A DNA stretch of 64,000 nt from positions 8,618,001-8,682,000 of the forward strand of contig OZ024748.1 in the NCBI GenBank assembly GCA_964016885.1, given 5' to 3'. Each line of letters begins with the position of its first letter. Positions within the stretch are counted from its first letter, which is position 1. The notes under the pieces are model-generated. The model was not told where the DNA came from, searched no databases, and was given only the letters and a program-made list of their open reading frames with translations. This DNA is from Eledone cirrhosa (taxonomy: Eukaryota). Shown here piece by piece: positions 25,226 through 42,472 of the stretch. A program made the translations under genes and the position numbers.

Positions 25226-28110
25226 AGATGTAATTGACGTTCTCCAGCAAGGGATCATCATGACAGATTCTTTATAGACTACAGTCTATGTCATATCAGT
25301 TTTGCGAGAGTGTCACTGGTGAAAGATTAATAAATCTTGAAACTGCTCTGTCTGACATTCTCAGAACATACTGGCAACTCAGAAATATATTCATTACGAA
25401 AATATATATAAGTGACTGCTGGTCTTCCAAAACCCCACCTTGCCGTTCGGAGCTTGTGCTTCGAAGGAGGACTTTCTAGGTGGAAAACTACGGACATTTG
25501 TGACTGAAGGGGTCTAGAGTTACACTATATTTCAAAGCTCTAGCGCAAGTCGTGTTTAAAAGTGAAATATCCTTACAACTTTATAAAATATACCAATGGA
25601 ATAAAACTTCTCATTTGTGTATTAAACGAAATTCTAATTTAAATTTAGATTAAAAATCCACTAAATGAAATCAGATGAAAACAATTTTAATATAATCTTT
25701 TAATATTTTATTTCTTTAAAAAGACATATGACGGTTATCACTGCGTGATATAACTCTGTAGGGAAACAAGAAGAAAAAAAAAACGATAAGCCTAACATCC
25801 ATATTGCAAGTCCTAAGTATAGTTTCAGTATTAATTAAAAACAAAGAACTTTCGTTATGAGTAATGTTCCCTTGAGCTGAGGAGGTGCCGGCGGTTAATC
25901 AGATTGGAGATCCGCCCCGAATTTATATCCTGGGAAAAAATATCATAGAAGTTTCGTTCCATTTATGTATATGATAGAAAACAGTTTCTCCTCTGCTCAC
26001 GATACACCGCCAGGCGCTATGGAAGCTAAAACTTCAACAAGTTTATTTTATAAGCAATAAATCTTAAAAGTTATGAACAAAAACTTTCTTTAGGGATTTA
26101 TGTTGAAATAAAAAACAACAACAACAACAAAGCAAACATATAAAAAAACAACAATTATTAAATAAAACTAAACAAGCAAAATATGAAACTGTATGGACAT
26201 TAGCAGAGGAAAAACAAAGGATTGCACGATATTCTTAAGGCGAAATGCTTTTTTTTTTTTCTAAATTTTATTTTGAATTTCTTAGTTTAAAATTCAATAT
26301 TATTTTAAGTATAATGAATGATGATTTTTGAGAAGATACAGAAAGAAACAGTGATAAGTAGTGGGGGAGAGGGGGGGGGGGTTGTAGAGAAACATAGTGA
26401 AAATGGTGAAGAAAACAAGAGAAAGAGCAATAAAATCAAATATTGTTTCAACTCGCTGCTAGCGGATTCTTTTACTAACATTGTGATGCTTAAAAAACAA
26501 CAAAAACAAACAAAAGATAAAACAACGAAAATCAAACAAAAACAAACAAAATAAAAAAACAAATTATTATTCTGGATTCATGTTTTGAGCAAAATTTACC
26601 AAGTTCTAATTGTCTTATGATATTTTACATGACTTCAGATGATTATGTTGAAGGTGTTATAAATCTTGTTTATTTTAAAACCAATGTCATTAAATAGTCA
26701 TTGTATATTTTACTTTGTAACGCTGGAAGACCGACTCAGATAGTTGAACCTCTTAATTACATATACTTACATTGTAGTGTTTGAAGACCTTTCATAAGAC
26801 TTCATTCCAGACAAACCTCTTAAGACGTCACTACTTGGAGTCACGTTGTGTTAGTGTTAGTGCTAATTAAAACCAAACCGTCAAGATCTATTTCAACTAG
26901 CTTATTCAGGCCTCAATACTGAGCGACTCAATATTCTTGAAGGTGCATAAAACAGCCCGAAACACTAGTGTTTGGTGTTCTTATAGAACTACTGTGGTAG
27001 CTGTGACATTGAGTCAGCTTAAAATACGTATAGCGAGAGTAATGTACTCTATTATACTGTTTATGCTTTCATACAAGCTTTCATTAGATACCACATGAAA
27101 TGCTTTGTTCAAAACTTTCACTCAAATTATTTCGTTTTATATAAAATCACATCCAATGCAAAGTTGATTAAAATATTTTCTCTTTCTACATGTGGACAAC
27201 GGGCCATTTGATTATTTTTCTGTTGTTTTTATCTTTGTATCTAGCATTAGTGAGTTGTATATGAGTAGATATATTAAATACGATAAGGACAATTTAAATA
27301 AGAACGAAGGAATTATGAAACTTTTTATCGATTTCAATCTTAGTATTTGTTGATATCCACTTAATGAATGTTTCCACAAAACATTGGATTTAGTTTTTTT
27401 TTAGGTCAAAGTATTCGGTACGTTGTTTGTTTCATAGGCTTACAGAGTAAATGTTCATATTGACTGATTTTATTGGAAGATATGTTCAAGCTGTCTCTCA
27501 TAGAAATAGATAATGTCTCTCGTTTTGTTTAGTCTCGAGTCAATCTTAATCGAGAACTCTTTTTATTTTGAACAACTGAAGGTTGTAATATGCAGGAACT
27601 ACTCGGGTAATATGCAGGAACTACTCGGGTAGAAAGGTTATGGCAAATAAGAGAATGTGGAAGGATTGATCCTTATTGCACCTAGAAGATGTATGAAGCT
27701 TATAATTTGAGGGACATTACAATATAGTTAGCAGACCCCCCCCCCCTCTCTCTCTCTCTCTGAAAAATTCAAGTGAAAAACCAAAGATAATACTTCAAAT
27801 CATTATATTAACTTCTACGTTCGTTCCAATTTTAATGCAATTAGGTAACATCAGAATATCCCCAGGAAATTAATATTAGACCTGGAGAATATCCTCAGCT
27901 TTGGTCAATAAACAAAACGTATGGAGACAGTTGATTAGATGAGCGAAGGAAAACGGTAGTTTTTTTAAGCATCGTGCAATTAGATTAAAGTCATAAAAAG
28001 CCTAATGTAAGTCTCCAAGCTATAGAAAATGTTCTATATATATATATATAAACTCAAATATATTTTTTATTTACTAAATGTTAACATTTTGAGGTGGGAA
28101 ACTCTTTTGA

Positions 28111-28186
28111 ACAGAACATCAAGTTATTATGACAAGTATATATATGTATACATATATATACTTGTCATAATAACTTGATGTTCTGT
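28111..28186. repeat. Perfect 76-bp palindrome
   Basis: ACAGAACATCAAGTTATTATGACAAGTATATATATGTA followed directly by its exact reverse complement. Confidence 0.95.
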
Positions 28187-28234
28187 AATACACTGGGTAA
28201 TTGGTGGCCTTGTGCCTAAAGTAGAAACAATTAT
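28185..28234 (+). mobile_element. SINE family A, extreme 3' end
   Basis: GTAATACACTGGGTAATTGGTGGCCTTGTGCCTAAAGTAGAAACAATTAT. Confidence 0.85.
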
Positions 28235-28464
28235 CATTTGATAATGCGTAAAAATGCTGAAACCGGTAATAGACAATTATTAAATAAATAAATAAATGCC
28301 ATTGTTAATTAATAAATAAATCAACTAATACCTTAACACTTCACACAAAATAAAATATTTCGTTTTAATCATTTTCTAACCTAGAAAAAAAAGAGAGAAA
28401 TAAATAAAAAGGGGAAAAAAAAAATATTTTTCTTCTTAATAATCGTCTTTTTCTCCCCGTTTTC

Positions 28465-28539
<75 letters not shown>

Positions 28540-28846
28540 TATGTATGTAAAATTTTTATTTATATGTATATATACTTACACTCACATTCATACATAATAC
28601 AAACATGTACATATATAGACATGAATACGCTCACACAAACGTACATAGATATGTACGTGTATATATGTGTATGTCAGTTTGTGTGTAGGTATGAGTGTTT
28701 ACTGCGAAGATATATGAATTTATTTGTTTTAAATATTAAAGCGGTCAATACTCGCCGGTGATAAGTGTTTCTAGAATGATCCCTTAAATCCATCCATTTA
28801 GCGCGGACATCTTATCTATCTATAGATCGATCTATCGTTGTACCTG

Positions 28847-29154
<308 letters not shown>

Positions 29155-29878
29155 TGTATATGTATATATATATGTATGCATTGAGAGAAGGAGAGAGACA
29201 GTGGTGGAGGAAGAGAAAGAGACTGTGAAAGAGAGAGAGAGAGGAAGAGAAAAAGGAATATATATATATAAGCACAGTTATTCAACATCAGTTTACGATG
29301 TACGTTCTCCTCCATTGATGGGTTCATCCCTATCGCTATAACACAATCTTTCCTTTCCTTTTTTCAAAAGTTTTATTTCAAATCAGTAGATAACATATTT
29401 TTGTCATATCATCGTAAATTTTTAGAAAAACCTTTTATTTATGTAATATTTATTTTAATTGTCTTTCTTCCTATATTTTTTTCAATTTTTTTCTTTCTTC
29501 TAATAGTTTTTAACTATATCGCCTTGGTAACAAAGAGAGTCACTCATATTTTCATTTTTGTGATTCATCACACATTCACTCTAAATCCACACGGACAGAC
29601 TCACATACTTATATATATAAATATATATATATATATAGGGTTTAGGCATATAGATATATATAGATTTAAATGTATATATATATATATATGTGTGTGTGTA
29701 TGTGTGTGGATGTAGGCATAAAAATATATAGAAATTTATATATATATATTTATAAAATGTGGGGGTGTATGTATATGCACTTTGAAATATCGTGCTACGT
29801 TTATTTGAAACAGAGAATCAATGAAAATATATGTTTTGTGAAAGAAACAATAATCAACAATCAACCAGAACAACTTTC

Positions 29879-29958
<80 letters not shown>

Positions 29959-31391
29959 CGATAGCAAAGTCCATGTATAGAGTTTTCGATATATAACTTC
30001 AAATTAGCAATTACTATGGCAACAGTAATTTGTGATTAATTCAGAACATAAACATGAGAAACAACGTTTATTTTTGAAAGGCTCTTATACCATATGAACA
30101 TTTAAACATTAAACATCCCTGTGTGAGTTCTCCAGTTATTGGTTTACCAGATTTTTAGAAAAAAAAAACGAAAGTGAAAAGAAATATAATATATCTTTGA
30201 AGAATATTATCATTGTTGGAATTTCCTTAGCCGATCGAACACTACTTTTTTTCCTTTCTCTTTCGTCGTTTCATTTATTTCTTTTAGTGGTTAGAGTGTA
30301 TCCGGTTTCTTTTAGCTTATTTCACAGGAAATGAAATCACACGTGTATTCTCTAACAGGAACATAACTATAAAAAATAACCTCATCTCATAAAATATTTG
30401 TTTCTTTTTTCCACCGGCAGTCATATTTTGTCGATCATTTATTATTTTTTTCATTTTTCATTTTTCATTTTTCATTTTTCATTTTTCATATATTAATCTA
30501 TTTGCTTTTTGACATGGTTATAAAATTGTAGAACAGAGAAATAAATAGATAAACAAAAAACTCCCAGTGAAATGCCTAAATTGATGGAGTTTTCATGAAA
30601 TGTTGTTTAATAATTTTTTTCTTCTACTTTTCTTAGCCGTGTTCAGTTGTACTTATAACTTTCTTTGTCAATTTAAATAATTTCTGTTTGCATAAATAAC
30701 AGAAACTGTTTACCAATCGATTCTAGAAATTAAAAAAAGACCTGTGTAGAAATACTTGTGGAACTTGCGATTAAACTAAACTCCCCCTCAAGAAGCCACA
30801 TGGTTTTGGGGTCGAAATAAACGACCAAAGCCATCCAAAGCTGTGCACTCTCAGCCCCGGCTGCAGTCGAATGACTTAAAAAGGAAAGAATTGAAATAAA
30901 ATAATATAGATATTTTATAGATATATGATATACGTTTAAATAAGAACCCTCGAATGAAGAATCCCTAATATTACACTACTCAAACGAAATCGCATTTCTT
31001 GCTATTTAACGTATTAGTGTATACTCTAATAGTGTATCTTAATGATACTGGCTTAATTAAGGAAACGATCGAAGAGTTTACCGTCCTATATATATATATA
31101 TATATACAATATATTAATAAATGGAAACTATATTTATAAAACCATATTTATTCTATTATATATATTTCAAGGGCAACCAAGGCAAATTATGGTGCGCTTT
31201 CATCAGATAAAATACAGATTTGTTTTATAAATATATTGTATATTTACTCCACTAATCTGTTGAGTGCTTTATATCAGTTATAAAAATGTTTAAGCTTGTT
31301 GAATCCCAACAAATTAAATATAACCTCTGCATATATATATATATATATATATATAATACTGAAACGAAGTCACCGGATATATATATAGTAT

Positions 31392-31526
31392 TGCACTGGT
31401 ATTTTTTTTATCAATCTTAAAAGGATGAAAAGCAAGGTTGACCATGGTGGGATTTGAACTCAGAGTGCAGGAAGGCAGGACAGATACTGCAAACCACTCT
31501 CTCTCACGTCCAATGACTCGCCAATT
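31392..31526 (-). mobile_element. Older SINE related to family A
   Basis: GCACTGGTATT...AAGGATGAAAAGCAAGGTTGACCATGGTGGGATTTGAACTCAGA...GCCAAT. Confidence 0.7.
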
Positions 31527-32091
31527 TGCTGGCTGACATATCACAGATGTCCACAAAGACTGACCATTTGTTTAAGCCAAATTAATGAGATAGATCCCCC
31601 AAATATTCAGAAGCCATAAGTTGTAACTCTCTCCATCAAATATCTTCAATAGTAACGCCAAGTTTGACTTCACGGTTGACTTCAGTTATGAAATGATTGA
31701 ATCGTGTTTGATGTAATGTGAGTACCGAAGTTTCTCGAATATTCTCGATAAGCTGTGTCAAGTCACGAGTGTCAAATGGTTTTACCAAACAATTAAAAAA
31801 GTGGGTCGGTTGCTGCTGTTTTGTTGCCTTTTCTTGAAGTTGTCGTAAGTTAATCTCATGTCAGTCATCCATTGTTGAGACTCTGGCAAGAATTCCGTAG
31901 AATAACCGATAAGTCCGTAGATTAACTAGATAATGTTCAAGAATCGATCTGTAGTTGAAAATATTGAGTTGGGGAAATAACTACAAAAAGATACCAAATA
32001 AAAAAAAAAAAAAGGAAGCGAACATTTCTATATATGTCAACAATAACCTCACGATGTTGATGATAATGATCAGCATCGTCAATCATTATTA

Positions 32092-32184
32092 CCTTTGCCT
32101 TTCATCCTTACGGGGTCGATAAAATAAAGTACCAGTAATGTACTGGTTATTTGCTGGCCTTGTGCCTAAAATAGGAACAATTAT
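32092..32184 (+). mobile_element. SINE family A, 3' half
   Basis: CTTTGCCTTTCATCCTTACGGGGTCGATAAAATAAAGTACCAG...GGCCTTGTGCCTAAAATAGGAACAATTA. Confidence 0.9.
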
Positions 32185-32189
32185 TAATA

Positions 32190-32542
32190 TCATTGTCATT
32201 GTCATCATCATCATCATCATCATCATCAGTATCATCGTTATCATCCTCATTATCATCATTATTGTCAACATCATCATCATCATCATCATCATCATCGTCA
32301 TCGTCATCATCGTCATCGTCATCATCATCATCATCATCACCAACATGATGATGGTGATGATGGTGATGATGATGATCACCAACATCATCATCATCATCAT
32401 CATCATCGACATCGATATCATCATCACCACCATCATCATCATCACCATCATCACCATCATCACCGTCGTCATCATCGTCATCATTATCATCATCATCATC
32501 ATTATCATCATCATCACCATCATCACCATCATCACCATCACC

Positions 32543-32592
<50 letters not shown>

Positions 32593-33540
32593 TATAAACA
32601 AAGATAAAAAAAAACCCCACATACAAATGAATGTAAACAAGGAACTATGACAACCGGATGGTACAATTAACGTGATTATCATCATCATCATCATCATTGA
32701 CAGCCGTACCGTCATCATCATCATCGTCATCATCACTGTCAGCACTACCGTCACCATCATCACCACCACCACCACCATCATCACCATCATCATCACTGCC
32801 ATCACTCTCAGCACTACCACCACCAACACCATCACCATCATTGTCAGCACTGCCATCATCACCATCACCATCATCATCACTGTCAGCACTACCACCATCA
32901 CCATAACCATCACCATCACCATCATCATCACTGTCAGCACTACCACCATCACCATCACCATCACCATCAACATCACTGTCAGCACTACCACCATCACCAT
33001 CACCATCAACATCACTGTCAGCACTACCACCATCACCATCACCATCACCATCACCATCATCATCACTGTCAGCACTACCACCATCACCATCACCATCACC
33101 ATCACCATCACTACCACCATCACGATCACCATCACCATCACCATCACCATCACCATCACTACCACCATCACGATCACCATCACCATCACCATCACCATCA
33201 CCATCACCATCACCATCAACATCACTGTCAGCACTACCACCATCACCATCACCATCACCATCACCATCAACATCACTGTCAGCACTACCACCACCACCAT
33301 CACCATCACCATCACCATCACCATCACCATCAACATCACTGTCAGCACTACCACCATCACCATCACCATCACCATCACCATCAACATCATTGTCAGCACT
33401 ACCATCACCACCATCACCATCACCATCACCATCACCATCACCATCAACATCACAGTCAGCACTACCACCACCACCACCACCACCATCACCATCACCATCA
33501 CCATCAACATCACTGTCAGCACTACCATCATCATCATCAC
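32190..33540. repeat. (CAT)n/(CATCAC)n field with recurring ACTGTCAGCACTAC spacer
   Basis: Tri- and hexanucleotide runs with a repeated ~14-bp interruption. Source of the 512-aa and 415-aa junk ORFs. Confidence 0.9.
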
Positions 33541-33861
33541 AGTATTAATGGAATTAAACAGAAATAAATTGCAGTCAGATATATTTCTTCTAAATATCTC
33601 ATCCGTCTGTTTCCTATATATACACACACAGCCCTACACATCTATACATACATATATATACACATATATACACACACAGCCCTACACATCTATACATACA
33701 TACATATACACATATATACACACACAGCCCTACACATCTGTATATACACATATATACACCCACATGTATATATATATATATATATATATGCACACGCATA
33801 CATACATATATATATATATATATACACGCATACACAGACACATATATACATATATACACAC

Positions 33862-33922
<61 letters not shown>

Positions 33923-34334
33923 TATATATACATATATACATATATATATATATATACATATATACATATATATATATATATTTACACACCGCTAAACGAT
34001 CTACATATACCACACACCACATACAAACAAAAACACACATGCATACACACACACACACGCACACACACACGCGCGCGCGCACATACACACACATATATAT
34101 ATATATACACACATGAAATGATCGATATACATTGAGGAGCTGATCAACATACATACACTAAACGATGTTGAAAAACGGAAATGTAGGAATTTACATAGAA
34201 ACACAATTAAGTCGAAAGTTGTTTTTTTGTAATTATACTCCTTCTTTCCAATGAAAACAAAACATTGAGTTTCTTGTTTAAATTTCTTCTACTTTATTTG
34301 TACATAAATGAGTCTCTGCTTGTATATATGTATA

Positions 34335-34415
<81 letters not shown>

Positions 34416-34496
34416 GTGTGTGTGTGTGTGTGTATAAGTATATATACATACGTATGTATGTGTACACATATATAGGTATATATATATGTGTATGTC

Positions 34497-34595
<99 letters not shown>

Positions 34596-35424
34596 ACATA
34601 TGTATACAACATATATATATATATATTTATATATACACAACACACATACATACATATGTTTATGTATGTATCTATCAATCTACATATATATGTATATATG
34701 TATTAATAAATAGTGAATCTCACACAATAATATGCGTATGTGTTTGTGTGAGTATGAATGTGTTTCTGTGTATTGAATTCTATCATAAAAGTACTAAAGA
34801 CATGGATGTGAACATCAGTGTGTACCTGTATGTGTGTGGTGTGTGTGTGTATGTGTTTGTATGTGTGTTCGTATGTGTGTATGTGTGTGTGTATGTGTTT
34901 GTGTGTTCGTGTGTGTATGTGTTTGTCTGTTTTTATGTATGTGTGTTCGTGTGTGCAAGTGAGTGTGTGTGTGTGTGTATGTGTGTTCGTGTATGCATCT
35001 GAGTGTGTGTCTGTATGTATGTGCGGACGTGTGAGCATGTGAGTGTGTGTGTGTGTGTGTGTGTGTGAGTTTGTATGTATGTGTGTTCGTGTATGCATGT
35101 GAGTGTGTGTGTATGTATGTGCGGCTGTGTGAGCATGTGAGTGGGTGTGTGTGTTTGTGCGTTTGTGTGAGCATGTGAGTGTGTGTGTGTGTGTGTGCTT
35201 GTATGTATGTGTGTTCGTGTATGCATGTGAGTGTGTGTGTGTGTGTATGTGTGTTCGTGTATGGATGTGAGTGTGTGTCTGTATGTATGTGCGGTCGTGT
35301 GAGCATGTGAGTGTGTGTACACGTATATATACTTACGTCCATATCAACTCACTCTCTACACAGTCATATACACACCGAGAAATAATTATCTTTTAAAATA
35401 TAATTGTGTGTAAATATATAGTAT

Positions 35425-35560
35425 GTAGGTATATAGTGTGTAGGTATATAGTGTGTAGGTATATAGTGTGTAGGTATATAGTGTGTAGGTATATAGTGTG
35501 TAGGTATATAGTGTGTAGGTATATAGTGTATAGGTATATAGTGTGTAGGTATATAGTGTA
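35425..35560. repeat. 15-bp tandem repeat (GTAGGTATATAGTGT)n, ~9 copies
   Basis: Direct reading of the 15-bp periodicity. Confidence 0.9.
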
Positions 35561-35838
35561 TAGCTATATAGTGTTATACGTACGTATGGGTACATTCTTT
35601 CAACACCATTCGACTGCCTTACATATATGTGTGTGTGTGCGGGTGTGTGCGGGTGTGTGTGTGTGCGGGTGTGTATGTGTGCGGGTGTGTGTGTTTGCAT
35701 GTGTGTGTGTGTGCGGGTGTGTGTGTTTGCATGTGTAAAGTATTTATACACATTTATATTTATAAGTAAGAATATTCTGTGTTCATTCAATTGTAAATAT
35801 CAATGTGAACATGGTCGTGAATATATATATTTCTGCGC

Positions 35839-35872
<34 letters not shown>

Positions 35873-35993
35873 ACATGTATATATATATATATATATATGT
35901 GTGTGTTTATGTTTTTAGGTATTTATATGTATATGTGTATGTGTTTATATGTTTAGGTATATATATATATATATATATACATGTAGGTATATG

Positions 35994-36025
<32 letters not shown>

Positions 36026-36313
36026 TATGTATGTGTGTGTTTATAAATATAGGTATATATATATATATATGTATGTATATATATGTTTATATGTTTAGGT
36101 ATATATATATATGTATGTATATATATGTTTATATGTTTAGCTATATATATATGTATGTATATATATGTTTATATGTTTAGGTATATATATATATATATGT
36201 ATATGTATGTATCTATATGTTTATATGTTTAGGTATATATATACATATATACGTATGTATATATATGTTTATATGTTTAGGTATGTATGTATATATATGT
36301 GTATATCTTTAGG

Positions 36314-36346
<33 letters not shown>

Positions 36347-36530
36347 GTATATACATGTTTCTACATATTGTTGGTGTGAGAATGTTTTTCTTTCTTTTTT
36401 GAGGTGATTAATTATATACTGCTATTAATATAGGCATATACCCTGATACAACACTATACCTGCACGTATGTATATACACACATACACACATATTTGCAAG
36501 TGTATGGTTATATGTGTATACACACGCATA

Positions 36531-36575
<45 letters not shown>

Positions 36576-36578
36576 TTG

Positions 36579-36632
<54 letters not shown>

Positions 36633-36646
36633 CAAGTATGTATATA

Positions 36647-36677
<31 letters not shown>

Positions 36678-36732
36678 GTGTGTGTATGTATAGATATAGA
36701 TATATGTGTGTACATATATATGTGTGTGTATA

Positions 36733-36777
<45 letters not shown>

Positions 36778-36867
36778 GTGTATATATATATATTCATATT
36801 TATATTCATTTATATATATATATATATACACACATATACGTACATTTATAAATACATACACACACCA

Positions 36868-36925
<58 letters not shown>

Positions 36926-36948
36926 CTATTTATTTAACGCTCCCATTA

Positions 36949-37004
<56 letters not shown>

Positions 37005-37046
37005 TATAAATGCACACACATATATATATATACATTTTTATAAATG

Positions 37047-37111
<65 letters not shown>

Positions 37112-37370
37112 TTCTATATTTCATGAAAATAGAAAACAAACTAGAAGGTAAGTCTACAATTCTATATTTGTGAAGTTTTTTTTTCTTTATATCTTCCATA
37201 TTTAGTTTAGTATATCTCTGTAAAACTCCGTTAACGAGCCACGTAGATTCTCTTTTTTCTTCTTCTTATGGGTTATATTCTCTCTTTTTCTGGGCGAACA
37301 TGAAAACAGGGCACTGTTTCACCTATATCCAGCTAATTATCAACGTTCCCATTATGCTGAACTTGCCGAA

Positions 37371-37422
<52 letters not shown>

Positions 37423-37506
37423 TTATATATATACATCCATCCACCTATACATTCATATACACATAAACAAACATACACAACATATATATATATATAATAT
37501 GTCGTA

Positions 37507-37564
<58 letters not shown>

Positions 37565-37647
37565 TATGTATGTTTATGTCTTTTATATACGAATCATATA
37601 TATATATATATAAATATATATATATAAATACACACACACACACACAC

Positions 37648-37678
<31 letters not shown>

Positions 37679-38764
37679 CATATATTTTTATTTATATATA
37701 TTTTTTAATTCGGCATTGTGGGGCAAATATCAAAATAGTTTGTTGTTAACACACAAAATGGCTGCAAGTGGAGATGGTCGACCCCATCTTAATACGATCA
37801 TCATTTACATTTCATTGAAATTCTATTTCTTTATATCTAGCCAACCAATGAATAGATGCATGCAGTGATACTTAATTTCAGCTCTCATCATTCTAGAAAA
37901 CATATACGTGATCCTATCACTTGCTATGTATGTATGTAAATATGTATGTATATATGTAGGTATACATGCATGTATGTATGTACATGTATGTATGTATGTA
38001 TGTACAGATATATATATATTCATATATATATATATATATATCCATCCATACACACATGCATATATATAATACAAACAGACACACACACATATATATATAT
38101 TTATTTATATATATATTTATATTTATATATATTTATATATTGGTTTATGTGTATATATATATATATATGTGTGAATATTTATTTATTTAGGCTTACTGTA
38201 ATTTTTGGATAAGTATTTGTACTATATACATATAAAGTTTTCTGTAGTCTGTTCATATGTTTTCTGTAGTAGAGAAATAATCCTGACCAATTAAAGCAAA
38301 GCTTTATCCAACATTCCTCATTTTGAAAGAAAATTTACAATATAGCTTTGATTTACAAACTGAGTACACATATTTTTTGCAGCTTCTCGTTAGAGTCAAT
38401 CTTATATTAAGATCCCACGTGATTCTCTGTTACTATAATCTTCTCTATAAAATACCTTCCTAACAATTCCTCTTACCAAACATTCCTTAATTTACTTCTT
38501 TCAATTAAAGCATTTTGCTATTTCTTACAAAACTAATTTGCTACATAGGGGGCAATAATAATAATGGTTTATAATTTAGGCACAAGGGCAATATAGTTTT
38601 AACGAAAAAATAATTCAACCTAATAACAAATGTTTTGATGATCCAAAACGGAGAAAGCAAGCTTCGCTAACATCAATTTTCTATACTTGTTATAAAGATC
38701 ATTTTTGTATATATATATATACCAGTTGTGCTTTTCAAATCCCTTTTTTAAAATAATTTTCCTT

Positions 38765-38882
<118 letters not shown>

Positions 38883-40619
38883 AATATCCAAATATCCAAC
38901 ACAAGTGTCGTTTAGACTTGACCTGATGTTCCAGTACAAACTCCAGTAGGGTTAAGCATTTAAGAATAATTTCTGATTTCCTATATTTATATAGTTATTA
39001 CAACATATTTAATAGAGGTGAAGTTACAACACTTTACTCGGGATTTTAAGTGAATTTTATTATATATTTATCATAAGGGTTTTCGCCCAATTTCATAATT
39101 TGAGAAGCAGTCTTGAATGTTATAATCTCTCGATTCATTCTTGATCAGGGGCTGTAGTCCTCTCAGTTCCACTGCAATATAGTTATTTCATAATTTTGAT
39201 TCAGAGAAATCTACAAAATGTTCATTTTATTTACAATGAATATATTAATATGACTTTCTTTAATTCTTATTACAGTATCTATATTTGAGAAAGACGAAAT
39301 CGTTACTTTTGGTTAAGAAACCGCCTGCTGTTCTCCATGTACGTAGAAATACAAGAACACATATATATATATCCGAAACGAAACAATCAGTTTATTACAG
39401 GGCTAAGTTATCCATCATTTCACAGTTATACGTGGATGTTTTAAAGGCGCCATTCAAATTAAAGTTTGGCAATTTTTATTTTTATATTCTGAAACGATTT
39501 TAAAAAATGATTAAAATGTTCAGCTTTTCTCGGTTTTTGTCTGGTTGATGGATTATACACTTAATGTTCTGTGTAGTTGAGAATTAGGTTAAACAAAGAT
39601 GCGTGCATGTGGTCGTATTTGTTACACATACATACAAGGTTTTTCAATATTATCAAAACAAGTTCAGATACAATGAAGCAAAATCAGAAAATTGAAAAAT
39701 CTGTATTAGCCAAACTTATTTCTTGAAATTTTATTTATTTTTTTATTTTTCTTCGTTTATTTTTGAAGAGAGAGCTTTTACTAGCATCTTGGATATTAGA
39801 AATGCCAATTCATGGCTTTAAAAAATATGATATGATATTTGAAAAAGAAAATTCTAAGAAACAAAATTGAAAACTTGACTGCTTATACATGAACTTTTCA
39901 CTATATTATTGAGTATGTAGCTATGTGACTTGATCAGATAACACCGTGTTTTTTATTGCTATTTTATATCATAAATGAATGCTACACTCCTACACATAAG
40001 TGATAATTCTCTCTTTAAAATATTATTGCTAGATTTAAATTTTTTTTATTTTATCTGAATCTTATCGAAACATTCTAAATCAGTATTTTGATCATTTCCC
40101 GTTTTACAAACACTAAACCCATGGTTTCTGGATTAACTTTTAAGATGTTATTTTAAAAGAATTAAACATTAATTTATGGTTACAAACTGACACCAAAGTC
40201 ATTTCCATACAGTTTTGAAATATCGCAGCAAACAAATAAATATTGGCATATTTGTATACTTTATTTATGGAATGATATTTATGTCCATGTGAAGTACGTC
40301 GATATTTTACATATATATTTATATATATACATATATTAGTTTAGCGAGGTTTTTTATATGAAATCGTGTGTCGAAAGAGAAGTATAAATAAGTAAATAAA
40401 ATAAAATAAAATAAGATAAATAAATACATACACAAGCACAATAACAACAAGCACATAAACACACACTAGTCACCCAGCAGACACAACACTATACACACTA
40501 GTCACACAGCACACATAACACTATACACACACGCAAACGCATGCGCAAAGAAGACAAAATAAAATAAAATAAACAAACAAGCAAATAAATAAATAAATAT
40601 ATAGACAGACTGAATAAAA

Positions 40620-41221
<602 letters not shown>

Positions 41222-41406
41222 ATATATGTATATATATATGTATATATATATATGTCTATATATATATATGTATATTTATGTATATATGTATATATATATA
41301 TATGTATATGTATATATATATGTATATGTATATATATATATGTATATATATATATGTATATATATATATATGTATATATATGTATATATATATATGTATA
41401 TATATG

Positions 41407-41437
<31 letters not shown>

Positions 41438-41438
41438 G

Positions 41439-41469
<31 letters not shown>

Positions 41470-42318
41470 GTATATATATATATATATATATGTATATGTA
41501 TATATGTATATATATATATGTATATATATGTATATATATGTATATATGTATGTATATATATATGTATATGTATATATGCATATATATATACATATACATA
41601 TATATATATGTGTGTATATGTATATCTGTGTGTACATTAACTTGAGTGCAGGCTTCGTTATGTATATGTACGTGTGTATGTATATGCGTATTTATTTAGA
41701 AATGAATGCATGTACATACGTATGTGTGTCAGTACAAAAACACATACAGCCTCATACACCATGCAGACACAAGAATACACACAATGACGCCATATATGGC
41801 AATCATATATTCCCCAAGTTTATTTCTGAAGAGATAAAAATCACAAGACTTAATTCGAACCTTTTATCTATTGAATGACTCTTGATCACATTCGTACCGA
41901 TATAATTAAGTGCTCCTTTCTCATGTTAGACATAAATAAATGAGGTGTATTTGTGTAACTTCTTTCAACTGGAAGTTTACTCGACGCAGCATCTCACCTG
42001 CTACAATCTCAGACAAAGTGATTTTATCATTTTAAGCATATAGATTTAGTTTCTTGTATCAATCTTTAATATTTTATGAGTTGAATATTTAATATCGTTT
42101 ACATAAACAAATCTTACTAGTTCATGTTCATAATATATATAGATACATACAAACGTAATACGTAAACACACACTCACATATATATGTGATTGTTTTGTGA
42201 GTGTGCGTGTGTGCGTGTGTGCCTCACCGTGTGCTTGTGTTGTATATATAAATTTGTTATATATATTTATATAATCATGAATATATCGAATGTAGAAAAG
42301 TAACACTATATATATATG

Positions 42319-42391
<73 letters not shown>

Positions 42392-42419
42392 ATATGCATA
42401 TACACACACATACATATAA

Positions 42420-42472
<53 letters not shown>

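Noticed and set aside
25900-25930. Cluster of ATTGG, CCGCCC and TTTATAT promoter-like motifs
   Set aside because: Short motifs expected by chance, with no linked exon or CpG island.
32089-33919. 512-aa and 415-aa ORFs
   Set aside because: Both are (CAT)/(CAC) repeat translations. The 512-aa ORF ends in antisense SINE sequence.
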